The translations under genes and the position numbers were made by a program. The notes beneath the pieces are model-generated. The model was not told where the DNA came from. It searched no databases and saw only the letters and a program-made list of their open reading frames with translations. This document shows positions 1-11,576 of a stretch of DNA of 64,000 nucleotides, in pieces; the first letter of the stretch is position 1; every line of letters starts with the position of its first letter. Source of the DNA: an uncultured bacterium (lineage in GTDB: Bacteria; Babelota; Babeliae; Babelales; Babelaceae); NCBI GenBank assembly GCA_963819815.1, contig CAWFXL010000001.1:352001-416000 (forward strand), written 5' to 3'.

Positions 1-1766
1 GCTCGTCACCTAAACGTACGGTAAGCACTTCTAGTGCACACGCAGATGGAATAAGGAAAGAAACACAAGATGCTCTCATGACTCTTGGACTTTTAAGAGG
101 CTCCTCCAATGAAGGTCCCACAGACCCAAGCCTGGGTTTCGGGCTTTTACGGGGCATCTCCCATGAAGAGAGAAATTCCCCAAGGGATCATGCAAAAAGC
201 ATATTACCGGCAGGTATGCTTGTAAGCAGTCAAGAATTAAGGACACCAAGGAACGACATTGCCGGTTCATACGATTACGCGATATCACTCTTTAAAGAGG
301 GGAAATTCCAATCTGCGTATGAAACTTTCTTAACGTGCTACAAACAAAATACAAGCGTACTTCACCAAGTATCGTCAGCCTATTGGCTCGGCTTGATTCT
401 TTTGCGAGCATCTCACTCGGACTTACGAAGAGGATCAGGCACCATGAGTTTGAAAGGCTCAGGGGTGAGCTATGATCCAAACGCTGCACTTCATTTCTTT
501 GAAAAAGCTGCACTGCACGATGAAAAACAAAAGTTTGATCCTGCAATACGGGCGGCAGCTTTGGTGCGTCTTGGTGAGATGTACTATTATGGTCTTGGAG
601 TAAAACAATCATATGAGCAAGCATTTGAATATCTAAAGCGGGTGCTTACCATCCCTGAAGTTACACCACATAATCTTGTGCCTGCTCTTTTTCTTCTGTA
701 TCGCGCAAAAAGAACGAAAGCTCTCAACAAAGAAGAAACTCATCTGCAGGAAGTGAATAGTTGGCGGGAAACCGCCTTAGAGCTCTGCAAAAAAAACGCT
801 GACAAGTCCCCATTATTAGCCTTGTACGAAGGCAGGTTTCTCCTGCTTGATGCTACTGATGAGGCAACCTATACTCAGGTAGAACAGTGCTTTTTTAACG
901 CTGCAGGCTCTACAGATCCTTTTATCAAAGCTGAGGCAACGTATAGACGCGGCAAGCTCTATCTGAGCATGACCAATAAAGTAGGCGCTGCACATGAGGA
1001 GCTTGCAAGAGCAGCAAAAGAAACTCTTGAGAGAGCCTTTGAGCAAGAATCCAATGGTTGGGTAAAAGCTATGGCGGAGTTGTATCTAGGTCATCTACAT
1101 CGCGATGAAAAGAGCGGTAAGCAAAAGAACACTAGGAAAGATGCCCTGAACTATTATGAGAAAGTCGCAGCACAAAACTATAACCGTTTTGCACAATCTG
1201 AAGCAGCTTATGAGTGTGCTCGGATCTATGAGAAAGAATCCGATGATGTTCCTGCAGATGCAGCAAAAGCAATTTTTTATCAAACACAAGCACTAGAGAT
1301 CGCCGATAGAGCCGGGCTCAAAAATATAAAAGCTCATTTACTACGAGAACATTTTTCACAAGCCATGCGCTACCTTGATTCTGATCCCCTGAAGGCATAT
1401 AGTCACTTTGAGGCAGTTTTAGAATCAGAAGACCAAACCCATCTTGATGAAGCCTGGTTCAGGCTCGCTGAGATATATAGAAAAGGCGGATCAGGTATTA
1501 AGAAACAGCCTGCTCTTGCACTAGAATATTATGAAAAGCTTCTAAAATATGGAAAAAATGGAAGCTATGTGCATAGGGCACTGTATGTATTAGGAAAGGA
1601 AGCCTTTAGTAAATATGATTTTAAAAGGGCAGAAGATTTGCTGGCGCAAGCAAAAAGCCGTTCAGATGATCCTAAGATAACGAAAAAGGCTGCGCGGGAA
1701 TTTGCAAAGCTCCCTTGTGCACAATCAAGCAAAGACAAGAAGCAGGAAGATGATGACTCAGAATGA
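1..1766 (+). CDS. Sel1-like/TPR repeat protein (5' partial; frame is open from the window start)
   Basis: Sel1 motifs LGEMYYYGLGVKQSYEQAFEY and LAEIYRKGGSGIKKQPALALEYY; no in-frame stop upstream of ATG 78. Confidence 0.85.
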   Translation, partial: SSPKRTVSTSSAHADGIRKETQDALMTLGLLRGSSNEGPTDPSLGFGLLRGISHEERNSPRDHAKSILPAGMLVSSQELRTPRNDIAGSYDYAISLFKEGKFQSAYETFLTCYKQNTSVLHQVSSAYWLGLILLRASHSDLRRGSGTMSLKGSGVSYDPNAALHFFEKAALHDEKQKFDPAIRAAALVRLGEMYYYGLGVKQSYEQAFEYLKRVLTIPEVTPHNLVPALFLLYRAKRTKALNKEETHLQEVNSWRETALELCKKNADKSPLLALYEGRFLLLDATDEATYTQVEQCFFNAAGSTDPFIKAEATYRRGKLYLSMTNKVGAAHEELARAAKETLERAFEQESNGWVKAMAELYLGHLHRDEKSGKQKNTRKDALNYYEKVAAQNYNRFAQSEAAYECARIYEKESDDVPADAAKAIFYQTQALEIADRAGLKNIKAHLLREHFSQAMRYLDSDPLKAYSHFEAVLESEDQTHLDEAWFRLAEIYRKGGSGIKKQPALALEYYEKLLKYGKNGSYVHRALYVLGKEAFSKYDFKRAEDLLAQAKSRSDDPKITKKAAREFAKLPCAQSSKDKKQEDDDSE

Positions 1767-1896
1767 GCCCAGGTTCGGGTACTAAAAATGCTCTGTGGAG
1801 AATTCCTGCCTAGGCCTTAGAGATACATAGCAGCATCCTGTCAGTGCCCAAGAATCATAGCTTTTAAAAAGATTCTAAGATCAGATATAAGCCAAC

Positions 1897-1925
1897 AAAT
1901 CAAACCATAAGTAATGGTTTGATTT
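1897..1925. terminator. Hairpin between convergent genes
   Basis: AAATCAAACCAT-aagta-ATGGTTTGATTT perfect 12-bp inverted repeat. Confidence 0.5.
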
Positions 1926-1952
1926 CAAATGTGCTCTAGAGCGCTCTCAAAT

Positions 1953-3300
1953 TTAGAAGTTTGAGAGCGCTTTTATATTCCATATATTAGCAGTGCAATC
2001 CATAGAGCCAGTCACGGTAATAATCTCAGTGCCTTCAGGGTTGAAAGCCACTGAAAAGACTGGATCGTTATGAGAATATGTCTCTATAAGATCTCCTGTT
2101 ACAACATTCCAAAGTTTTGCTGTGCAGTCCTGGGATCCAGTAAGAATGAGAGAATCATCGGGACTGAAGGCTACTGCCCATATATCCATAGCATGGTTAA
2201 AGGTATGGATGAGACTGCCTGTTTGCACATCCCAAAGTTTCACGCTATGGTCCCTCGAGCCAGTAATAACCAACTTGCCCGTATGGCTAAAAGCTACTGC
2301 TGTTACAAAATGATCATGCTTAAAAGTATGCAAAAGTTTACCCGAAAGGGTATCCCAAAGCTTTGCTGTGTTATCAAGAGATCCGGTAATAAGCTTTGAG
2401 CCATCCGCACTAAACGCTACTGACTGAACCATATCCTCATGAGTAAAAGTATGGAGGAGCTTGCCTGACTGAATGCTCCAAAGCTTGGCCAAGAATTCCT
2501 GAGATCCGGTAAGAACCAGTTTGTCTTGTGGGGTGATGGCTGTTGCCCAAATTCCTATTGTATCTGGTAAGGTGTGTACAAGTTCACCCGTGAACTTATC
2601 CCAAAGATGAACCGATTCGTCCTCAGTTGAAATCATAATCTGTAACCCATCGGGACTAAACTCTACTTGAAACACAGCTTGCGTAAGGTTGAATGTGGCT
2701 ACGAGAGCACCAGTATGCGCACTCCAGAGCTTGACGGTAGTGTCAGTTGATCCGGTAAGAATCTGAGAACCATCGGGACTGAAGGCCCACGAACCACATA
2801 CATCATCATGGTTGAACGTGGCTATACAAGTACCTGATATAACTTCCCAGAGCTTAATATGATCATGACCACCGCCGGTAATCAGCTGAGTGCTATCGGG
2901 ACTCAATGATGAGATAATCCAGGAACCAAGATGGAAAGTTTTTAAAGGAGTCGTGGAAGTAGATGACATGCTATTCCTCACTAAGTAGTATCATGGCAAG
3001 GAATCTAGCAAGAGTTGCACCTGAATTCCTTATATCAATACCATTCTAAAAGATAAATCTAAAGTAATCCACTGGTTGAGGATACTTCTCTTTTAATCAG
3101 AATTCAAAACGCTATCCCACTCCTCAGCAGTAATATCGTATATGGTATCCGCAGATCTTTTCTTTTTTTGAATGGGTACTCGTTGAGTATGGGTGCGTTC
3201 AATCTGAAGCTGAATGCTTAAGTAGAACTATTTCCATTGGATAGGTAGTACTGCATCCCATACTTGCTAGAATGCATGCTATGATACATTTAGTATTCAT
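1953..3300 (-). pseudogene. WD40 repeat protein with disrupted N-terminus; the WD40 ORF 1953-2981 is intact
   Basis: Repeated VAFSPDG..LTGS.D.TAKLW units. GGAG RBS + ATG at 3300 gives signal-peptide-like MNTKCIIACILASMGCSTTYPME, then a stop; the ORF restarts at GTG 2981. Confidence 0.7.
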
Positions 3301-3326
3301 ACGCTCCATACATCATTTTCCGATAC

Positions 3327-5003
3327 TTATTTTACAGATTTTCTAGATTTGAAAAAAGTTTCATTGTTCGCTGAGTTATCAAAGGTAAGCAAGGGCACAT
3401 TCGTATACTTTTCAATCAACTTCGCAAATGAGGCTCTCTGCGCAGGATCGCCAACATACTCTAACGCAGTTTTCCCTCTATCATCCACGAGCATACTATC
3501 GGCACCATGATCTAAGAGCTCATCGAAGGCTTCATAGCAGAGATTCTGAGCTGCTAGATGCAACGGTGTTTGGTTCATATCGTTGCGATCATTTATAGCT
3601 ACTGAAGCGATTAACCCCCTAACTATTTCCATGACGCCACTCGATGCTGCAATATGTAATGGAGTGTTACCAGAAGCATCCCGGGCTTTTACATCCGCAC
3701 CACGCATAATAAGCAAGTTAACTAGAGATTTGTGTTTAGAGCCAATTGCCAAATGAAGAGCCCTAGAGGTCAGTGTATCATCGCTGGCATCAACCTGTGC
3801 TCCATCGTTGAGAAGCTTTATCGCATCTGCTAGTACTACCGTTGAAGGACTAGTACACATTGTGATTAACCTTTTATTAAATTGCCAGACCTCATTGCTT
3901 ATTAAATGAGCGCCGGTATATCCATGCCCAATTTTTGGGTCCTTATTTTTCAGGGTTAAAGCTGGTCTGTTTGGAATTGCAACTTGAGCTGGCGTTATCG
4001 AAAGCTGTTTAGGTAGTAGAAAGCCCTGAGCATCTTTAGTTTGCAGTAGAACAGGTTTTAACTGAAGACTAGTTTCATCAGAATCGAAAACTGTTTGCAC
4101 AGAGCCCAGAGTAGGATTTTTTGATTTTGACATAAGGTCAATAAGTTTTCTTGACGCTTGAGTTACTTCTTCTTTCGTGTTTTCTTTGTAACTTGCAGAT
4201 ACTGCGGCATAACTACGCTTTTTTTGTGCATCTTTAGAGGTTTTGGAAGAAGATTTCTTTGCCACGGTAGCATCGGGTTCTGAAAATAAATCTGATGCTT
4301 GTTGATCAGGTTGCGTCTGTTCTGTTAGTTGAACAGCAGCTACCGTATTTGGGAGTCCTTGACGATCTGAACTTTGGACATCTACTGCCTTATCGGCCTC
4401 ATCCTTATAATGTCTGCTTAAGAGCAATCTCTTTAGAGATGGAACTGTAGCAGTAGAAGATGCTGCGTTAGCTGCTCCAATGGAATCAGAATTATTCTGT
4501 ACTAAGGATGACAAGCTAGAGAGGGTTTCAGCTCGCACTGCCTCATCAGCTGACACGCCATTAATTTTTCTCTTTCTAGTATCTTGCGAGGATGACGAAG
4601 ATGTTTTGAGGCCTTCCTTAACCCCATTGGCAGGTCTTTTCATAGATCGTGGTCTGAGAGATCTTTGATTTTTCGATGAAAGTTCCTTCGCGTCCACTTG
4701 TTTTAATTGCTCTTGTGCATTTTGGAGTGCTTCCTGGGGAATCGTAATGACCGTACTCCTTTGTCCCGAACTCGTTGATCTTTCGGACGCTCCGAGCGAT
4801 TCTTGACTTCTTTTCACCGAAGATGCCTTCGCTTTCGATTTTTTTAACTTTTGCTTTATTACCGCATCGAAAACTTTCTCTGGGATCGTAATGACAGTGG
4901 TATGTGGTCTCATTGAAGGTCTTGGTTTATCTAAAACTTTATCCATAGCACCTAAAGTATTTAGCAATCCGCACATTAAGATTATTATAAGTATTTTTTG
5001 CAT
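3327..5003 (-). CDS. Secreted protein, low-complexity N-half plus C-terminal ankyrin repeats
   Basis: Signal peptide; ALHLA, GNTPLHIAA, QTPLHLAA ankyrin motifs. Confidence 0.85.
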   Translation of the reverse strand: MQKILIIILMCGLLNTLGAMDKVLDKPRPSMRPHTTVITIPEKVFDAVIKQKLKKSKAKASSVKRSQESLGASERSTSSGQRSTVITIPQEALQNAQEQLKQVDAKELSSKNQRSLRPRSMKRPANGVKEGLKTSSSSSQDTRKRKINGVSADEAVRAETLSSLSSLVQNNSDSIGAANAASSTATVPSLKRLLLSRHYKDEADKAVDVQSSDRQGLPNTVAAVQLTEQTQPDQQASDLFSEPDATVAKKSSSKTSKDAQKKRSYAAVSASYKENTKEEVTQASRKLIDLMSKSKNPTLGSVQTVFDSDETSLQLKPVLLQTKDAQGFLLPKQLSITPAQVAIPNRPALTLKNKDPKIGHGYTGAHLISNEVWQFNKRLITMCTSPSTVVLADAIKLLNDGAQVDASDDTLTSRALHLAIGSKHKSLVNLLIMRGADVKARDASGNTPLHIAASSGVMEIVRGLIASVAINDRNDMNQTPLHLAAQNLCYEAFDELLDHGADSMLVDDRGKTALEYVGDPAQRASFAKLIEKYTNVPLLTFDNSANNETFFKSRKSVK

Positions 5004-5664
5004 GTTATTCTCGCTATCTTATTCAATTACCTAATATCACTCTATTTGTTACTTTTGGCACTCACGACTAAGTCCCCTATACACATATAACTAGTTACAG
5101 AGAGCGGTATGCCAAGCAACGGTGCACGCAAGAGGTGGTACACAAAGCAACACTATCTGTCGTTTTATTTTATTAGCACGCGGCCACGTTGTTCAAATTG
5201 TAATGAAAAATAGAAGATTTGTCAACTGCCCCCACCTTACGCATAGAGACGACCTATGGAATCGCCCAAGTAACGAATAGATGGAACATAACGGTTAGGG
5301 CGGCTCAGACAAGCAAATCTACTTTGAACAAATGCTGCGGAATGCCCCCAAAATCACTTGCAGATCACAGAAAAAAGGCCGGTGGGGGTAAAGCCCTCAT
5401 CCAACAGCTCCTACTCGCCTAACTTTAGGAAATTGCTGTAAGACGTGCTCAAATTATCCTTCGTGATGAAGAATCATCAAGCATTTTTGATAGGCTTGGT
5501 CCTCTTGAGAAAGCAGCGAAGCGAAAAAGGTAGAACCCTGGCCTTGCTTGAGGACCTCACAAAAGCACAAGATGGCAGATGTTTTCACTTTTGAACTTCT
5601 TGATATCTTACGTGCTTGAATTCTAAAGATCAGCGTTGTATAGTTATATTGTATACCAAACGAG

Positions 5665-7230
5665 ATGATTATGAACTTCACCTATCAGCTAGCTCTTGTA
5701 AGCATGTGTCTAATCCTAAGTGATGTAAGCGCCTCCGAGAGTGCTACCAAAAAAAGAAAAGATAACTCTGGTGCTGCTCGTTTTGATGAAAGAATGAAAC
5801 AAGAGGCTCTAGCACTGGCAAGTGAACGGCTGCGCAAGGTATGTCAAAATAGAATCTTAGGCAGCGTGGAAAGCTTAGTTAAAGCTGGTGCCGATGCCAA
5901 TGATCTGGACGCAAGCACACATAAAAGTGCACTGCATTTGGCCGCTGAGAATGGTGACTATACCATTGTTAAGCGCCTCCTTGCATGCGGCGGCAACCCC
6001 CAGATTACCGATGGAGGAGGTCGAACTTCGCTCCATTGGGCAGCTATGGCAGGTGACGGAGACGTAATTTCCCTTCTTCTAAGAGATCTTTCAAGAGAAA
6101 GCGTGAATCAAATTCTTCAGGCAAAGAACCTTAGAGGCGAAATGGCTCTTCATGCAGCCGCTGCAGCTGGTCAGCTTGAATCATGTAAGGTTCTCCTAGA
6201 CATGGGCTGTAGCGTTAATGCACTTACAAGCGCAAATCGCACTCCTCTTCATCTAGCAGCATATTATGGACATACCCACTTAGCTACCTATCTTATAGGA
6301 AGAGGAGCTTCCCTTACCTTGGTAACAGCCGGTGGATTTACTGCTTTACATGAAGCAGCTTTTCGAGGACATGCTAAAACGGCAGCTGCTCTTATTGAAC
6401 GTGATATTAATAAAGAAACAGTTGATAGCAATGGACTAACAGCTCTCCATGTAGGCATACAGCAGGGGCACAAAGAGGTGGTTGCACTCCTTCTTGGAAG
6501 CAAATGCAATGCGAATGCTCAGCTACCAAATGGAGACTTTCTTGTACATATGGCAGCACGCCTTGAAGCAACGGATCTATTTGAACTATTAATCCAGTAT
6601 GGAGCTCAGAAAGATGCTCTCAATAAAGAAAAGTATACTCCCTTAAATCTCGCATTACATGAAGGTCTTACTCGTGTTACTAGCCTTATGCAAGAACCTG
6701 ATAAAACCGATATTGATAAGAAGTTGACCGCACTTCATAAGGACATACACTACGTGGTTGCATCCCTTCTTGAACAAGGATGCAAGAAAAATTTTCCTTT
6801 ACCAAATGGAGACTATACATTGCATACAGCAGTACGTATAAGATCTCAAAACTTATGTGATCTACTCATCAAGCATGGAGCTCAGAAAGATGCTCTTAAT
6901 AAAGAAGGGTATACTCCCGTCCATGTTGCCGTACAAGAAGAGCTTGACCTTCTTGCATTACACTTAGTCGAACTGGGAGCAGATCCTGAGATCAGAACAC
7001 CACAAGGGAAAACGGCGAGTGCTATCGTTTTTCATAGAGAACTTAAAGGTACCGTATCTCCGGAGCAACGTAGCCGGTTTAGTTCAGCTAATACAGCCCT
7101 CGCAGTAGCACTCTTTAATAAAAGAAAAGAGTATCAAGAAAAGCATGCCTCTACAGGTGCAGTGGCATCAACCTCAACACAGGCAGCCCAGCCGAGCACT
7201 TCTTTAAGGCAAGAAGATTTAAAACAATGA
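5665..7230 (+). CDS. Secreted ankyrin repeat protein
   Basis: Hydrophobic N-terminus; about 11-12 ankyrin units (SALHLAA, TSLHWAA, TPLHLAA). Confidence 0.9.
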   Translation: MIMNFTYQLALVSMCLILSDVSASESATKKRKDNSGAARFDERMKQEALALASERLRKVCQNRILGSVESLVKAGADANDLDASTHKSALHLAAENGDYTIVKRLLACGGNPQITDGGGRTSLHWAAMAGDGDVISLLLRDLSRESVNQILQAKNLRGEMALHAAAAAGQLESCKVLLDMGCSVNALTSANRTPLHLAAYYGHTHLATYLIGRGASLTLVTAGGFTALHEAAFRGHAKTAAALIERDINKETVDSNGLTALHVGIQQGHKEVVALLLGSKCNANAQLPNGDFLVHMAARLEATDLFELLIQYGAQKDALNKEKYTPLNLALHEGLTRVTSLMQEPDKTDIDKKLTALHKDIHYVVASLLEQGCKKNFPLPNGDYTLHTAVRIRSQNLCDLLIKHGAQKDALNKEGYTPVHVAVQEELDLLALHLVELGADPEIRTPQGKTASAIVFHRELKGTVSPEQRSRFSSANTALAVALFNKRKEYQEKHASTGAVASTSTQAAQPSTSLRQEDLKQ

Positions 7231-7506
7231 GACTCCTCGGTAGTTTGAGACTATAAGTTTCATGTTGTATGGCAGATTCCGCAAGAAGATTGCACTTTTC
7301 TTATGCTCCTAAAGGGCTCTATGGAATACATATTATCCATATCGGGCCTACTTATCACCCATCTTCGGCGCTACACAAATAGAAATATTTGTCGAGATAA
7401 AATAGAAAAATATTGACTTTCCTTGGCTGTATATGCTAGTTTTTAGAGTAGTAGAAGCAACGACTGCTATACGGTTTCATCACAAAAATAATAAAAAGGA
7501 GCCTCC

Positions 7507-7911
7507 ATGAATACCAATTGTTTAAGCCCCAAAAGCTTTTTTTCAAAAAAAATGTGTCTCAGCATTCTTGCATCATTATTTGTTCAAAGTTACCTATCTG
7601 CGGCAACTATTCACGTCGACAATAAGTTGGCTGATCAAAATGTCATGATCAACCTCTATGCTGCCGATAATGCTACGTATTCAAAAACGATCAAACCAGG
7701 AGCGAGCGAATTCTTTAATACAGGTTTCTCACCTATCGCAAATCTTGAATGGACGATTAATGGTGTACGATGGACTGGTAACTCCTTAACGGTTAAAGCT
7801 CTAGAGACAGAAGGGCGTCTTATCATAGAAAAAGATGGTAAGTACTCGTTCAAACCGTGCCTATTCTGTAACGAAGTAACCGGTCAAGCAATCAAGATGA
7901 CCCGCAATTGA
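7507..7911 (+). CDS. Hypothetical secreted protein
   Basis: AAGGAG RBS, signal-peptide-like segment, downstream terminator. Confidence 0.75.
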   Translation: MNTNCLSPKSFFSKKMCLSILASLFVQSYLSAATIHVDNKLADQNVMINLYAADNATYSKTIKPGASEFFNTGFSPIANLEWTINGVRWTGNSLTVKALETEGRLIIEKDGKYSFKPCLFCNEVTGQAIKMTRN

Positions 7912-7950
7912 TCGTACAGATCATCGCAAGTGCACTAGTAAAGGTATACT

Positions 7951-7987
7951 ATCCTCGCTCGCACTATTACGAGCGAGGATAGTTTTT
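7951..7987 (+). terminator. Rho-independent terminator
   Basis: ATCCTCGCTCG-cactatta-CGAGCGAGGAT followed by agttttt. Confidence 0.75.
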
Positions 7988-8079
7988 ATCTTATTTTCTA
8001 TTGAGAACAACCCATTGCCAATTCACATGTACGTTGGTGAGAGTAGCAAGCCGATTAAAGGATCTTCCAGACCAACTCT

Positions 8080-9162
8080 TTAATGAGCGGTAGACGTATA
8101 AGGCTTCTCGCAGCATGGCTTACATGGATTACAAGGTGGTACGCAGGGCTTGCAAATAACTGAGCGAATCTCATCAAGAAGTACCAAATCCGCTTGGAAA
8201 CACTCACGCGGCAAGGGAACAAGATTGAGACATCGTGCAAATTTTTGTCCCTCAGTAAGCACAAAGTAGATAAACTGGGCAAGATTGCACGCAATAAATT
8301 CAGAAGGTTGATTCGCGTAGACGATCAGGTATTCTTTAAAGGTCAGAGGATAGGCGCAAGGGATTTTAGGTTTTGTAACTGATTCGTCACACAATCCTTC
8401 TGCAGCTTTCCGTATGCTCTCAAGACATGGCTCAACAAATTGCGTGCAATCATAGATGCTTTCTATTTCAGCACTTCTTGCACAACATTCTTGAGCTTGA
8501 GCAAATGTCGTATAGCCAATCGTACCGTGAGTCGCCTTAACACGAGCAGCAACGTTGTTTGACGTACATTGATTTTCTCCTTTGCAGTTCCAAGGCCAAC
8601 AAAGAAGGTAAGCAAGAACGGTCGACAATTCACTCGCGGCGCACGGGTAAATGGCTTGTATGTAAGCATCACCTTTATAGCATATGTTATTGTATGGTCT
8701 ACGTAAGAGTGAAGCCCAGGATACACATTTCTTCCTAAAGAAAATATCGATTATGTCCTCTTCAGTAAGACGCAGGGTGAAATTGCGCGGGAACTTACAG
8801 CAGGGATCGTCAGTAGGAAGATTGTATACCACGGAGATTGCGGAGAATACGATTGGAATACTTAAGATGCAATCAGGTTGCCTATCCTGTTCTGAACGGG
8901 TGGCAGCAATATCTGATCCGGCAAAAGAAACTCTATAGGAATAGAGCGCTTCTCTTCCATCCTCAGAACCGAAACAACTCTTGTCAGATTTATAGGTAAA
9001 ACAGGGGCAAGGATAAATTTTGTTATAGCGTGCAATGTTTCTATCAATAAAAGGTTTAAGGTCAAATGAACCCGCCCCTTTAATCACGCTTAAAAACTGC
9101 TCATCACCAGCAGAGATATTTACCGACATACCGAAAATAAAAAATGTATAGAGTAACTTCAT
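8080..9162 (-). CDS. Divergent PstS/DING-like Cys-rich secreted protein (paralog 0)
   Basis: IKGAGS, FAGSD, IPIVFSAISVVYNLP, LRLT, GTIGY, AYPL motifs of the PstS fold; 27 Cys; ICKPCVPPCNPCKPCC tail; start chosen at MKLLY after an AGGAG RBS. Confidence 0.8.
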   Translation of the reverse strand: MKLLYTFFIFGMSVNISAGDEQFLSVIKGAGSFDLKPFIDRNIARYNKIYPCPCFTYKSDKSCFGSEDGREALYSYRVSFAGSDIAATRSEQDRQPDCILSIPIVFSAISVVYNLPTDDPCCKFPRNFTLRLTEEDIIDIFFRKKCVSWASLLRRPYNNICYKGDAYIQAIYPCAASELSTVLAYLLCWPWNCKGENQCTSNNVAARVKATHGTIGYTTFAQAQECCARSAEIESIYDCTQFVEPCLESIRKAAEGLCDESVTKPKIPCAYPLTFKEYLIVYANQPSEFIACNLAQFIYFVLTEGQKFARCLNLVPLPRECFQADLVLLDEIRSVICKPCVPPCNPCKPCCEKPYTSTAH

Positions 9163-9335
9163 CACTTTCTCCTTTATGCAACTTAAAGACTTCCACATTC
9201 TAGCGCATTGAATTCTTAATTTTCAAGAGTTTTGAAAAAATATTTTTTTGAACGGGTAAATTTAGTCATAAGATGATGAAATATCTTCATAGCAGGGCTT
9301 TTTTATGCCTTTTTTTAGGGATATGTAGGTAGACT

Positions 9336-9370
9336 TAAAAAGGACATGCCGAGCACGAAGCTCGGCATGT
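9336..9370 (-). terminator. Family terminator (copy 1)
   Basis: ACATGCCGAGC-5nt-GCTCGGCATGT stem, then CCTTTTT on the minus strand. Confidence 0.85.
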
Positions 9371-9402
9371 ATAAAGAACGAATTACTGAGTGCTAAAGTA
9401 CC

Positions 9403-10644
9403 TTAGTTGCCGCAGGTTGGGCAGGCCACTTCACAAAACTCAGGTGTTCTGCAAGGTATGCAAGGTTCAACGCATGGTTTGCAAATTGCAGGAGCAATGC
9501 TATCAAGCAAGATCTTACTTGCATTTAAGCAATCTTGGGTCATTGGAACGAATCCTCGAACACCAAGCTTTTGACCTTGGGTAAGAAGGAATACAATGAA
9601 CTGGGTAAGATTGCATGCAATCCATTCTATTGGCTGAGTACCAAAGAGATCAAAGTATTCAGCGGTAACGATAGGATATACATGTCCTGGATTTGAATGA
9701 GGAGCAAACTGACATATTAAGTCGTTACATACCTGGTTATTAATGACAGAATCGATCTGAGCGTTCTGTATCGCTTCATCATCAGTTGGTGAAATGAAAT
9801 CATTTTGGTGGAGGTTGTCTGTAGGTGGCATTAATCCACCTTGAAGCAAGAGTGCTGCTGGAACTGTTGGAAGGCTGATGAGATTGGCACCCGTTCCTAC
9901 ATAACCGATTGAACCACCTGTTTTTCGTATTTCTTCGATCATTTCTGCAGAGCTATACACCTTATCTGCGGTAGTAACATTAAGAAAATGTGGTTTTGGA
10001 TCACCAGCATTAACCGCTGTGCAGTTTCCACAGTCATTTAAATACGTTGTGAAAGCTTGGTTAGTACCAGATGCATCACCACGAGCAAATGGGGTTATAC
10101 GATTAGTACTTGAAAAGCTTACGTTACAGTTATAAGGCTTTGCAAGATAGGTTTCCCAAAGTGTGTCTGCATTAGTCGCACCCGTATAGATACGACAAAG
10201 ATCTTCACCTGTTAATCTCAATACACCAGCCGGAGTGAGGCATGTTGCAGGATTGTATGTTGACCCATTACTTTGAGTTACACTGGCTGGCAGGTTATAA
10301 ATAACCGATACTGAAGATAGAATGAAAGGAATTTGCAAGAAGCAATCTGGCAAATTACGCGTTTCAGTTGCAGGTGCTAGAAAGTCTGAAACTGAAGCAT
10401 CGAGCAATCCATTGTATACATCGTAGCGTCCTCGGAACGAATCTGAGAATTCTGCTGTTTGCTTATACACAAACGTTGGGCAGGGGAAAATAGTATTATA
10501 GAGCGAAATTGCAGCATCCATATAGTTTTCTGCAAGCGTTGATCCGCCAATGCTAATCGTGCTTCCGTAACTTGGAGCATATTTTGCTGAAACAGAAACG
10601 CTGGTTAATAATGCTAACGATAAGATAGCTAATTTTTTCATCAT
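9403..10644 (-). CDS. PstS/DING-like Cys-rich secreted protein (paralog 1)
   Basis: Signal peptide; GGSTL, VSD, ARGDASGT, GSIGY, YPIV motifs; 18 Cys, 7 of them in the tail CKPCVEPCIPCRTPEFCEVACPTC. Confidence 0.85.
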   Translation of the reverse strand: MMKKLAILSLALLTSVSVSAKYAPSYGSTISIGGSTLAENYMDAAISLYNTIFPCPTFVYKQTAEFSDSFRGRYDVYNGLLDASVSDFLAPATETRNLPDCFLQIPFILSSVSVIYNLPASVTQSNGSTYNPATCLTPAGVLRLTGEDLCRIYTGATNADTLWETYLAKPYNCNVSFSSTNRITPFARGDASGTNQAFTTYLNDCGNCTAVNAGDPKPHFLNVTTADKVYSSAEMIEEIRKTGGSIGYVGTGANLISLPTVPAALLLQGGLMPPTDNLHQNDFISPTDDEAIQNAQIDSVINNQVCNDLICQFAPHSNPGHVYPIVTAEYFDLFGTQPIEWIACNLTQFIVFLLTQGQKLGVRGFVPMTQDCLNASKILLDSIAPAICKPCVEPCIPCRTPEFCEVACPTCGN

Positions 10645-10766
10645 GAGATAAATCCTTTTTTGTTGTTTGTTTGTTTGTTTATTAAAAATTTATTGCCAAA
10701 ACGGCACGTGCGGGTCCCCCAACCTGCGAAATGAATTGTTATACTGATAGTAACTCTTCGATATTC

Positions 10767-10796
10767 ACTATAACCTAATATTTTTTATAAAATCAA
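10767..10796 (-). promoter_or_regulatory. sigma70-like promoter of paralog 1
   Basis: TTGATT-N18-TATAGT, identical boxes and spacing in four cassettes. Confidence 0.7.
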
Positions 10797-11446
10797 TAAT
10801 TCGTAAAAGAATTTTTGTCATCAAATGTTTTAATCTATATTAATCAGTTTGATATTATAATAAGCGGTGTTACTTAGGTTGCGAGGGTAGATTGTGGTAA
10901 AAGATGATCAAACCAAGATATCTATGAATAGTGAGATAAGGGGAAGGGTCCTTTGATAATAGATGCGTGAAGAATAAGTGATTTTGATACCAGGAAATAG
11001 TTAATAGACTTAGTGAATATAATGATCGGGAATTATTAAGCGTAGGCATGTACAATCTGGATGATCTTTAAGATGGAACCACTAATCCCTAACTGTTTTG
11101 AAATAAAGCCTTAGATGTCTTGGACAAAAAGGCATACCTCATGAACAAAAATATGCCGAGTGGTCTGCATGATAAAAAATTACGGTGGCTGATACGTTTG
11201 AGAAAAGCCAGAATTAAGGATCGAGGGAGGGATAGTATTTGAGACATAGAAGACTGTATCGTATTTTCGTAACTGGGCAATTGATCTCGTGAAGAGGTCT
11301 GTAAATGAAGCTCATTTATCTAGAAATCTAAAGGCCATTCAGCTGAAAAAAGCGGATTGTTATGTTCCACTCTGATCTTTCACTCTATGAAATGCCTCAT
11401 GCCCGGCAAACGATCTGAAGAGATAATATCAATCTTAGAAATGTCC

Positions 11447-11500
11447 TTAGCATGTGCAGGTTGGACAAGTCTGAGGGGCTATCATAAGGTGTGCAGGGAT
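11447..11500 (-). pseudogene. 3'-terminal remnant of another family paralog
   Basis: Encodes PCTPYDSP and (shifted frame) QTCPTCTC*; closely similar to the remnant end at 13983. Confidence 0.6.
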
Positions 11501-11513
11501 ATGTTGGTAGATG

Positions 11514-11547
11514 TAAAAGGACATGCCGAGCATGAGGCTCGGCATGT
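11514..11547 (-). terminator. Family terminator (copy 2)
   Basis: ACATGCCGAGC-5nt-GCTCGGCATGT stem plus T-run. Confidence 0.85.
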
Positions 11548-11576
11548 AAAGAACGAATAATTGAGTACTAAAGTGC

